A stretch of 64,000 nucleotides of DNA from a virus: the IMG/VR virus record IMGVR_UViG_3300025314_000012, one strand, 5' to 3'. This document shows, piece by piece, positions 50,069-58,068 of this stretch. Every line of letters starts with the position of its first letter. Within the stretch, counting starts at the first letter, position 1. The position numbers and the translations under genes were made by a program. The notes beneath the pieces are model-generated. The model worked only from the letters and a program-made list of their open reading frames with translations. It did not search any database and was not told where the DNA came from.

Positions 50069-50703
50069 GTAAATCGGAAAATAATACAATAAATTTTTAT
50101 AACTGTGACTGTATTGAATTTATGCGGTCTATTCCTGATAATTACTTTTCTATTGCCATTACAGACCCGCCCTATGGATTAGGTAACAAATTGACAAATG
50201 GTGGCACTTGGTCTGTAAAATGGCAGGATAAGGGTGCTGATTGGGATAAAACGCCAACAAAAGAATATTGGGAACAATTATTTAGGGTATCTAATAATTG
50301 GATTGTTTGGGGTGGAAATTACTTTATAGAGCATTTACCAAATTGTAGAAACTTTATTGCTTGGCATAAACCATATATGGATGGTATGCACTCCATGAGT
50401 AATGTAGAATTGGCTTTAACTTCTTTTGATAAAAACGCAAAAAAAGTATCATTCAATAAAGACAAAGGAACAGAATATAGGATTCATGTAACCCAAAAAC
50501 CAATCTCCCTATACCGTTGGCTACTCCAAAACTACGCAAAGATAGGAGATAAGATATTTGATTCACATGGAGGAAGCATGAGTTCGGCAATAGCTTGCGA
50601 CATGGAAGGATTCGACCTTGACATCTGTGAAATCGATAAAGATTACTTCGATGCTGGTGTAAACAGATTTAACGAATACAAAAGGCAGTTAACTCTATTT
50701 TAG
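50050..50703 (+). CDS. N6/N4 DNA methyltransferase (beta-class order)
   Basis: DPPY precedes H.TQKP..LY.WLL...IFDSHGGSMS. Confidence 0.9.
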   Translation: MVPDYISKSENNTINFYNCDCIEFMRSIPDNYFSIAITDPPYGLGNKLTNGGTWSVKWQDKGADWDKTPTKEYWEQLFRVSNNWIVWGGNYFIEHLPNCRNFIAWHKPYMDGMHSMSNVELALTSFDKNAKKVSFNKDKGTEYRIHVTQKPISLYRWLLQNYAKIGDKIFDSHGGSMSSAIACDMEGFDLDICEIDKDYFDAGVNRFNEYKRQLTLF

Positions 50704-51089
50704 TTCTTCTGAAATAAACTTCTCCTATCTATTTTAATATTTCCTAAGTGAGCATACATAGCACTCTGCATATTCTTTGCAAACTTTCCTACTTCTTTAC
50801 TTCTATCACGTGAATACTTCACCATTTCATCTTCTATTGCACAGAAGAACTTTAAAAATTCACCAAATTCAACAGCACCGTTATCCACGTCATATTCGAG
50901 TAAGAACTTTCTAAATTTCCTTCTACGGTTTTCATTCACCCACGCCCACAGTTTCCTGCAACCTTTCCAACCGTGTTCAATACCGAGTTCCTGCCGTTGG
51001 TCGCCATAGAGTTTAATTAAGCGTTCCGCCTCTTCGGGTGTGGTTTCTGTAACGTACTTTGCTAAAAGTTTTGTGTCGCTAATATTCAT
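50700..51089 (-). CDS. hypothetical protein, inverted in the early arm
   Basis: Own minus-strand -7 box TATATTTG at 51105-51112. Confidence 0.65.
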   Translation of the reverse strand: MNISDTKLLAKYVTETTPEEAERLIKLYGDQRQELGIEHGWKGCRKLWAWVNENRRRKFRKFLLEYDVDNGAVEFGEFLKFFCAIEDEMVKYSRDRSKEVGKFAKNMQSAMYAHLGNIKIDRRSLFQKN

Positions 51090-51204
51090 AATCTTTTTTT
51101 ACTACAAATATAGTAATAAATATTGCTCGATGTGTTGTAAAACATAAAAAATTATGCTCATTTATACGAATTATTCATTATCTTTGCAGAAAAAAAAGTT
51201 ATGG

Positions 51205-51334
51205 TAACGTATGGTGCTATACGATGTGGCGGACTTTCAGCAGAAAGCCCAATACGAAGCACCACAGTTTGAATTAGTAAAAATATTTAACCGAAGCACG
51301 TCACCCGCCATATTGTATATCACTTGTTAGCGGA
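51205..51334 (+). repeat. attC-like element D
   Basis: TAAC, 19-bp stem (51214-51232 / 51305-51323), GTTAGCGGA. Confidence 0.8.
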
Positions 51335-51362
51335 TGCCCTTCTTCATAAATCATAAATAAAA

Positions 51363-51542
51363 ATGAAAATAGCAGTAATAGTAACAGTTTGCCATCAAAT
51401 AGGAATAGAAACTTGGAAAGACTTTCACACTACAAAAGTGTTTGAAGAAAATTCAACCATTAAAGAGATTGATGATTGGATAAAATCAATTAATAAAAAT
51501 GCAAGTTTCTCAGATGCTAAAATCTCGTTGTGTGTCGATTAG
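51363..51542 (+). CDS. 59-aa cassette gene (not in ORF track)
   Basis: MKIAVIVTVCHQIGIETWKDFH...; flanked by GTTAGCGGA and TCCGCTAAC. Confidence 0.6.
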   Translation: MKIAVIVTVCHQIGIETWKDFHTTKVFEENSTIKEIDDWIKSINKNASFSDAKISLCVD

Positions 51543-51599
51543 GGTTTCCGCTAACAATCTGCTAAACGAATATTTTGTTATACAAAACTTTGTAAATGT

Positions 51600-52391
51600 T
51601 TGATTATGAAACTATCAGTAATAACAACTTCTTACAACAAGTGTGAAACACTAAAACACGCAATCGACAGCGTGATTAACAACTTAATCGGAATAGACTA
51701 TGAGTTAATAATCGTTGACGATGGAAGCACAGATGGCAGTGTGGATATAATCAATTCATACACCGATAGTAAAATTAAGAAGATATTCACACCGCACTAC
51801 GGAATGTTGAACGCCTACAAAGTAGCACTTGATAATGTAAGTGGTGATTACATTACTTTTTGTGATTGTGATGACTACAAGAATCGTGGACTAAAGTTTC
51901 AGTTTCTAATGATGGCAGCGTTTAACCATGACCTTACGTGTTCACGAGCATACATTGATAACGGTAAAATAATTAAGTCAGACACACCGATTGAAGTGTT
52001 GGAGGCAGGATTGGCTTACGACAATGTACTGAAAGGTAAGGCGTGTGTTCACGCACAAACGTTAATGATAAAAAAAGACTACTTTGACAAGTACATAGAC
52101 TTCGATAAGTTTTTAGACTTCAACGTGTGGGATTTACCGATACTACTTGAAGCTATACGCCACACCAAAATGGTATATTTCGATTTCTACACAGGAACGT
52201 ACCGTGTGGGTACAGAAACAGCTACCAAGACAGAAAGTCGCTTAAAAAGGCTAAAACTCGTGTTAGGATACATGAAAATAAAGCTGTGGTATATTAGAAG
52301 GTATGGTTGTAAACCAACCACGTTTACCTACATGATTTATAAATTTACAAGGGATATGGTGAGTATAATATTTAAAAGGTGGAATAAATGA
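51600..52391 (+). CDS. family 2 glycosyltransferase
   Basis: LSVITTSYN...AIDSV...YELIIVDDGSTDGS...YITFCDCDD. Confidence 0.9.
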   Translation: MIMKLSVITTSYNKCETLKHAIDSVINNLIGIDYELIIVDDGSTDGSVDIINSYTDSKIKKIFTPHYGMLNAYKVALDNVSGDYITFCDCDDYKNRGLKFQFLMMAAFNHDLTCSRAYIDNGKIIKSDTPIEVLEAGLAYDNVLKGKACVHAQTLMIKKDYFDKYIDFDKFLDFNVWDLPILLEAIRHTKMVYFDFYTGTYRVGTETATKTESRLKRLKLVLGYMKIKLWYIRRYGCKPTTFTYMIYKFTRDMVSIIFKRWNK

Positions 52392-52609
52392 ACTATCTAA
52401 TTGAATACACGGCAAAGACCACACAAGGAGTTGTGATAAAGAGTGGCAAGATGCGTGTGAAAAACAAAATGAGTACACTCCACGCACAATTGTCATTTGA
52501 AGATTATCTGAAAAGCAAGATGCCAAATTTCGGTGTGTTGATAGTGCATGACTGCAAGGAGGAAATGGATAACGATTTCTTAAATATTTTTAAAGATATT
52601 TTTAAGTAA
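52388..52609 (+). CDS. hypothetical protein
   Basis: Coupled to the GT2 gene. Confidence 0.6.
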   Translation: MNYLIEYTAKTTQGVVIKSGKMRVKNKMSTLHAQLSFEDYLKSKMPNFGVLIVHDCKEEMDNDFLNIFKDIFK

Positions 52610-52686
52610 AAAAACTAAAGTACCGTAGGGAGGCTGTAAACGGGCGTGAGTGTACGATGGCTGATTGTAATAATTGTGGTGTTATA

Positions 52687-52818
52687 TAACGTTTTGGTGC
52701 TTGTTGTCAGTAGCGGATTTACAGCACAAATGTTTAATTGAAAATAAAAGTTGATATGAAAATAGAAATTAAAATTACCGATGATGCTGGCAATGTTCAG
52801 TTATACAATGTTAGCGGT
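52687..52818 (+). repeat. attC-like element E (degenerate arms)
   Basis: TAACGTT...AATGTTAGCGGT; TTGTCAGTA/TGCTGGCAA inner pairing. Confidence 0.6.
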
Positions 52819-52962
52819 TCGTTGCAACAAATAGTGTGGGACGGATTTCTAACAGCACAATACCAAGATGAACAATGGCATGACCAAGATACTTGTGATT
52901 TAATAGTAAAGAAATTAAAGGGAGAAAGTCCGCTTGAATATGCTGTCAGCAATGACCGATAA
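52738..52962 (+). CDS. hypothetical protein crossing the element E core
   Basis: GTT 52810 in frame (Val); stop is the TAA of the next TAAC; likely ATG 52756. Confidence 0.6.
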   Translation: MKIKVDMKIEIKITDDAGNVQLYNVSGSLQQIVWDGFLTAQYQDEQWHDQDTCDLIVKKLKGESPLEYAVSNDR

Positions 52963-53153
52963 CGGTTTAGCTATGTTTAGTTGCGAACAAATTAAAACGA
53001 AATATTATGAATGATTACGACTTATTGGAAAAAATGATTGAGGCATCATCAGCCTACGTTAAAGGTGAAATAAGCTCAAAAGAGTGCAGTGCAAAAATGG
53101 CAAGTTCATTAAATGCTCATAAAGAGCAATTAAATATAGCTTGTGTTAACCGC
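52955..53153 (+). repeat. attC-like element F
   Basis: ACCGATAAC, stem GCTATGTTTAGTTGC / GCAATTAAATATAGC, GTTAACCGC. Confidence 0.8.
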
Positions 53154-53300
53154 TGTGCTTCTGTTATCCCAACGACATGGTTAGACCCTTTATTGACAGG
53201 AAAAGATGCAGCATTAACTGGTGAGGCCGGTAAATGGGGATGCCCTGATATTGAAAACTTACTGAAAGCAATTAAAAACCGTATTGAGCATTGCGGTTAA
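53007..53300 (+). CDS. hypothetical protein starting in the element F loop
   Basis: GTT 53145 = V47; stop TAA inside GCGGTTAAC. Confidence 0.65.
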   Translation: MNDYDLLEKMIEASSAYVKGEISSKECSAKMASSLNAHKEQLNIACVNRCASVIPTTWLDPLLTGKDAALTGEAGKWGCPDIENLLKAIKNRIEHCG

Positions 53301-53433
53301 CGGTTTGCACATAGGCAATGTGGCGGACTTTGGAACGCTGAACTTTCTGCAACCACTAAACTTGATTTGAAAACGAAACTTAATATTAACCGAGAACCCG
53401 CCATATTGCCTATGTGCTGTTATAGGTAGGGCT
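53293..53433 (+). repeat. attC-like element G
   Basis: 20-bp stem GCACATAGGCAATGTGGCGG / CCGCCATATTGCCTATGTGC, GTTATAGGTAGGGCT; homologous to element D. Confidence 0.85.
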
Positions 53434-53453
53434 TCTCACAAACTTAAATAGAA

Positions 53454-53729
53454 ATGAAAAAAACAATTTGGAAATTTGAATTAGACGTTACGGATAAACA
53501 ATTTGTTCGTATGCCACAAGAAGCTGAATTATTATCAGTTCAAACACAAAATGAAACGCCTTGTTTATGGGCTTTAGTAAATCCCAATCAAGCAACAGAG
53601 GAAAGATGCTTTGAAGTATTTGGAACTGGGCATCCTGTTCATTGTGATATGGGTATTGATAGAAAATATATTGGAACGTTTCAGATGCAAAATGGCAGAT
53701 TAGTCTTTCACTTGTTTGAACGTCTTTAG
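53454..53729 (+). CDS. small conserved phage protein (DUF7352-like)
   Basis: MKKTIWKFEL...MP..AE.LSVQ.Q...PCLWA.V.P...R.F.VFGTG pattern recalled from phage hypothetical proteins. Confidence 0.5.
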   Translation: MKKTIWKFELDVTDKQFVRMPQEAELLSVQTQNETPCLWALVNPNQATEERCFEVFGTGHPVHCDMGIDRKYIGTFQMQNGRLVFHLFERL

Positions 53730-53803
53730 CCTTACCAATAACTATGTTATATGTGCAATAAAATGACGGCGATTTATATGTTAATTATTTCATTTACAAC
53801 CAC

Positions 53804-54115
53804 ATGAAACTATCACAACAAATAGCCAAGTACAAGATATACTTTGACAGGTCACGGACTTACTTAGGGTACATACAGCTTTTAATGATAATGAAACTGT
53901 TCTTTTCTGACATTAAGTTGTCGTACTTCGTTATCGTAGCAGGGGTGGTGGTTGGTGTGATACTACTGATAGTAATAGGCTATTTAGACACCAAGTTCGG
54001 CATCAGGTCGCGTGAGATGGAGAACAACGCATTGAACAACCCTGTGTATGTAGAAATACTTGATAAATTGAATAGAATAGAAAAAAATGTTGTAGAATTG
54101 CGATGTAATAACTAA
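53804..54115 (+). CDS. membrane protein
   Basis: Two hydrophobic segments. Confidence 0.6.
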   Translation: MKLSQQIAKYKIYFDRSRTYLGYIQLLMIMKLFFSDIKLSYFVIVAGVVVGVILLIVIGYLDTKFGIRSREMENNALNNPVYVEILDKLNRIEKNVVELRCNN

Positions 54116-54261
54116 ATTTGTAAAAATATGGGAATAAGAAGTAAAATAAGAAAGCGTATCTTCGAGTTAAACGGAATTGAGGAAAAAGCAAAAGAGAACA
54201 ACGACAAGGCTACGATGATTGAAATGGAGATTAGGAAACACGAACTTAAATTATTATTGTC

Positions 54262-54450
54262 ATGGTTGAAAAAATAGATTCAGGAAGTGAAGTTTGGCAA
54301 GACGTATATGGATGGGATTACCCGGATTTAGCAGATGCCTTTGTATCGTATGCTGAACGTGGTGGTGTGCCACTGACAGAAGAAGAACTAAACGAACTAA
54401 ATGATGACAGCGATTATATTCACGAATTATTACTTAAATATTTATTCTAA
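54262..54450 (+). CDS. small acidic hypothetical protein
   Basis: DYPDLADAFVSYAE...LTEEELNELN, a pattern recurrent in phage early regions. Confidence 0.6.
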   Translation: MVEKIDSGSEVWQDVYGWDYPDLADAFVSYAERGGVPLTEEELNELNDDSDYIHELLLKYLF

Positions 54451-54570
54451 TGAAAATTAAATGCTACGACGAATGGATTGAAGTGGAAGAAGTTTCTGAC
54501 GAATCAGTTAGAGAACATTTCTACTCGGACAAAGAAGGTAATATGTACTTTGACTTTGAAATAGAAGGAT

Positions 54571-54801
54571 ATGATAGAACTTGATATTTACTACAACACC
54601 GATGAAACGTCTAAGCTCGAAGAGTTGGAAATAAAAGTTGACTTGGACGATTGTGAGCTAAAGAAAACACTGTTTATAACAATAGACGCTGTTTCTCCAT
54701 ACGAAGGCAACAGGACACTGATATACTCGTCCGGTGATAGATTTGTGTGTGCTTTGAGTTATAAAGAACTAAAAAAAATATTAAGTGAAATATACAATTG
54801 A
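54571..54801 (+). CDS. hypothetical protein
   Basis: ORF in a tightly packed operon. Confidence 0.6.
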   Translation: MIELDIYYNTDETSKLEELEIKVDLDDCELKKTLFITIDAVSPYEGNRTLIYSSGDRFVCALSYKELKKILSEIYN

Positions 54802-55189
54802 ATTTAACGATACACAACTCCAAATCGTAGCAATAGGGTTAGAGTTCTATTCAAGATTCCTTGCAGGACAATGGGAGATACCCGATGCAATGGAATGGAA
54901 AGAATATGAAAACAGAAACAAAGATTCTCAATTTTGGAGTTTAAGGAATCATGTTGAAGAACAACTGAACATACTTAAATCTGTGCTTACAGGATTACAA
55001 TTAAATGAATCATACGGTATAGGTTCACCACATTTGTCAGAAGATGCCAATATCGCATACGACATATACAGACCAATATGGGAGGAACTTGTTGGCAAAG
55101 GTGATACGTGGAACGTGTATTCAAGTCCGGGATTAACTTACAGTAAAGAAGGTAGAATTAAAATAATAAAAGATGAAAACAACATTTAA
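54785..55189 (+). CDS. hypothetical protein
   Basis: 134-aa overlapping ORF. Confidence 0.6.
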   Translation: MKYTIEFNDTQLQIVAIGLEFYSRFLAGQWEIPDAMEWKEYENRNKDSQFWSLRNHVEEQLNILKSVLTGLQLNESYGIGSPHLSEDANIAYDIYRPIWEELVGKGDTWNVYSSPGLTYSKEGRIKIIKDENNI

Positions 55190-55513
55190 AGTAACAGTCG
55201 AATACGAAGACATGGAACGTGAAGACTTAAAAGCAGAAATAGCAGAAAGCATATATGATATTTCGGGTGTGATTAAAGTAGAGGTAGAATAATCCCTTGT
55301 GGGTACGCTACGAGCCGTGTGAGGCATTATCGTACCTGAGTGGGTATAAATGTAAGCTATGAAAAAAGAATCAGTAGATATAACTCAATACGAGCCTGTG
55401 TTGGAATACAACAGTTATCTAAAACGCAAAACACAAGTCCCAAAGACTTATGTTAACAAGAAGACAGGAGAGGTGGTGCAAATACAGTGGCATAAAGGTA
55501 AATTTGAAATACA

Positions 55514-55783
55514 ATGAAACTAATAGACGTAGCAAAACTAAAGAGCATAGGCATTGCGTGTGCTGACAGTGAACTTGAAACTAAGCCAACTATGAAGCTA
55601 TTGCGTGAACGGTACATAGAAGGGTTTATGGCGTGTGCTGAATATATGGGTAATACCGTGTGGAATGAAGCAATAGAAGCTGCTGCGGAAGCTGCGTGTG
55701 TGAAATACTATATGGAATACGCCACAGTGGATAAAGATTCAATACTTAAACTTAAATTACCCTCATCGAATAAACAGAAGTAA
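55514..55783 (+). CDS. hypothetical protein
   Basis: 89-aa ORF. Confidence 0.55.
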   Translation: MKLIDVAKLKSIGIACADSELETKPTMKLLRERYIEGFMACAEYMGNTVWNEAIEAAAEAACVKYYMEYATVDKDSILKLKLPSSNKQK

Positions 55784-55794
55784 TAATTACACTT

Positions 55795-56022
55795 ATGAAA
55801 GCAAGGGGAGTAACAGATAAAAACGGAATACAGCTATATGAAAACGATAAATTCATATACACAGCACACAACGGATACTTATTGCCTTCTTTTGAAAGCA
55901 CTATCGTGTACAATGATGATTCTGCGTGTTGGGCGTATGAATTAGACGGTGTGTATAATAATCTATCCGACATACACGAACTAAGACATGACTTTTTAAA
56001 TCACATTGAAATTAAGATATGA
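55795..56022 (+). CDS. YopX-like protein (short)
   Basis: GVTDKNGIQLYENDK resembles the YopX TGLKDKNGxEIYEGD motif. Confidence 0.5.
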   Translation: MKARGVTDKNGIQLYENDKFIYTAHNGYLLPSFESTIVYNDDSACWAYELDGVYNNLSDIHELRHDFLNHIEIKI

Positions 56023-56291
56023 CACCAAAGAGCGAAGCAATATCAATGACAATGAAATACGTGCCTTACGTCAAGGGCAATGCGTGTGAACCCACAGATT
56101 CAAACTACGCATACCCAAAACAAGTAATTAGAAACGCTAAGGCGTGTGCTACAATAGAAATAGACAACATGATAAAAGACTATCAGAGATACAGTGAATC
56201 AACACAACTCGTTATAGGCGAAAACGTGTATTCGGTAGCTGATAAAATCGTGCAGTTAGAATTAGTTAAAAAAGAAATAGGGAAGTTATGA
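56019..56291 (+). CDS. hypothetical protein
   Basis: Coupled ORF. Confidence 0.6.
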   Translation: MTPKSEAISMTMKYVPYVKGNACEPTDSNYAYPKQVIRNAKACATIEIDNMIKDYQRYSESTQLVIGENVYSVADKIVQLELVKKEIGKL

Positions 56292-56980
56292 ACGACATAA
56301 AAGAATACTTCTACAACAACACCAAACGTAAAATAGACAAGTGGAATCACTACTTCGATATATACGAAGAGTACTTCTCACAGTTCCGCAACACACCCGT
56401 CAGAATACTTGAAATAGGCGTTTCTCATGGTGGTAGCCTGCAAATGTGGAAGCACTATTTCGGTGATAAAGCAGAGATATTCGGTATAGACATTAACCCT
56501 ATCTGTAAAACATTTGAGGAAGACAGAATAAAAATCTTCATAGGCTCACAGTCTGACACCAATTTCATGTCAGAAGTTGCTAAAGAACTTGTACACGTTG
56601 ATATTCTCATTGACGATGGTGGACACACAATGATACAGCAGATAACAGCCTTTGACGTTATGTACAGCATCGTTGACCACATATACCTTGTGGAAGACAC
56701 ACACACTTCTTATTGGCGTGAGTTTGGCGGTGGTGTAAAAAGAAAAGGAACATTTATTGAATACGCTAAGAGTAAAATAGACGAACTTAATTCTGTACAT
56801 TACAAGCCTGCTTATTTTCCGTGTGAATCAATACACTTCTTCGACAGCATAGTAATCTTCAAAAAGGGTAACAACATAAACACGGGCAGGGTTACGTCGG
56901 GTGTGCCTTCATTCCACGAAACTCAGCAGCGTGATACAATACTGAAGAAAATAAAAAGACATTTAAGGAGGCTTATATAA
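56288..56980 (+). CDS. class I SAM-dependent O-methyltransferase (sugar/small-molecule type)
   Basis: KWNHYFDIYE, ILEIGVSHGGSL.MW..YF, GIDINP, GSQSD, DILIDDGGH, YLVEDTHTSYW. Confidence 0.8.
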   Translation: MNDIKEYFYNNTKRKIDKWNHYFDIYEEYFSQFRNTPVRILEIGVSHGGSLQMWKHYFGDKAEIFGIDINPICKTFEEDRIKIFIGSQSDTNFMSEVAKELVHVDILIDDGGHTMIQQITAFDVMYSIVDHIYLVEDTHTSYWREFGGGVKRKGTFIEYAKSKIDELNSVHYKPAYFPCESIHFFDSIVIFKKGNNINTGRVTSGVPSFHETQQRDTILKKIKRHLRRLI

Positions 56981-57027
56981 CGTTTTTATCACTACCTTTG
57001 CGTGGTGTAAAATAATAATTAATAATC

Positions 57028-57312
57028 ATGGAACTAATACCGAAAGAAAAGATTGAACAGGAAGCAAAAGATAATTGTGAATATAATCCAGATTGGATGA
57101 GACAACACGATGAATTTGCAATTAATCAATTTAAGTACGGAACACAATTCGACATATCAGAACTCGAACCTGTGTTTTGTGAGTTCGCAGACTTTGCGAA
57201 AGAATACGGATGGAAACATTTCAGACATGATGATAAGAAACCAATTCCAACCAAACAACTTTTTGAAATATTCATTAAAGAAAGAAACAATGACAGCACA
57301 AGACCAGTTTAA
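57028..57312 (+). CDS. hypothetical protein
   Basis: After the -7 box at 56993-57000. Confidence 0.6.
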   Translation: MELIPKEKIEQEAKDNCEYNPDWMRQHDEFAINQFKYGTQFDISELEPVFCEFADFAKEYGWKHFRHDDKKPIPTKQLFEIFIKERNNDSTRPV

Positions 57313-57565
57313 TCAAATCATGTCAGAAATCTACGCTGACAGAGATAACTACTCGCGTGGTAAAATAATAGAACTCGCTAAAGAAGCGTTCAGCCGTGTG
57401 ATTAAGGATATACTACCACAAGAGGAATGGATAGACAACGAAATAAAGAAATTAACCAAAAACTCTAAACTTCGTAACTATTCAGACCGTGATATAGAAC
57501 TCGGTGCGCACGCATTTAAACAAGGATATGTAGTTACTTGGCAATACGCAAATGGAATGAGATAG
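57110..57565 (+). CDS. hypothetical protein (real start probably MTAQDQF near 57290)
   Basis: The 5' part of the track ORF overlaps the upstream gene. Confidence 0.5.
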   Translation: MNLQLINLSTEHNSTYQNSNLCFVSSQTLRKNTDGNISDMMIRNQFQPNNFLKYSLKKETMTAQDQFNQIMSEIYADRDNYSRGKIIELAKEAFSRVIKDILPQEEWIDNEIKKLTKNSKLRNYSDRDIELGAHAFKQGYVVTWQYANGMR

Positions 57566-57574
57566 ATTAACCGT

Positions 57575-57823
57575 GTGAATAATATGAAAGACAGAATAAA
57601 CTTAGAAGAAATAATACTCGAAGCATACGGGTGTAAAGATGCACACGAGTTTCAAAGAGACTTCGACATATCTATGCAAATGATTAAAGAAATCTGCGTA
57701 GAGGCGTGTAAACAAACTATCGAACTTGCATCAAATAAAGCAGAAACAGAATGTGACGAGGGTGGTGAAACAGGATTTGTGAATAGGCAATCAATAACCG
57801 ACGTGATTAACCTTATAGACTGA
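57575..57823 (+). CDS. hypothetical protein
   Basis: 82-aa ORF. Confidence 0.55.
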   Translation: MNNMKDRINLEEIILEAYGCKDAHEFQRDFDISMQMIKEICVEACKQTIELASNKAETECDEGGETGFVNRQSITDVINLID

Positions 57824-57839
57824 ACGGGGTGAATAGAAT

Positions 57840-58049
57840 ATGAGAAAAAAAGCAAAAAACCTTGTCTTTATCAGTAGAATAAAAAGAGACGGCTCAGGAA
57901 CAGAACCAGTAAGCGAAGCCCTAATAAAACTATTGACAGAAGATAATAAAGTATATAAACTACATACCCTATCCCTGTCTGAAAAAACATTCATAATACA
58001 TGATTTTAACTCATTTGTCGTGAAAATAAAGACTGAGCCGCGTGTGTAA
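57840..58049 (+). CDS. hypothetical protein
   Basis: 69-aa ORF. Confidence 0.5.
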   Translation: MRKKAKNLVFISRIKRDGSGTEPVSEALIKLLTEDNKVYKLHTLSLSEKTFIIHDFNSFVVKIKTEPRV

Positions 58050-58068
58050 CCATAATTACATATAAACA

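Noticed and set aside
52610-52685. tRNA or other structured RNA gene (also considered 55290-55360)
   Set aside because: No cloverleaf, T-loop GTTC or CCA pattern recognisable.
47456-53790. CRISPR array, or plain terminators/REP repeats, as the explanation of the TAAC...GTT elements
   Set aside because: The units are not identical direct repeats with regular spacers and lack U-tracts; the cassette-specific end complementarity fits attC-like sites better.
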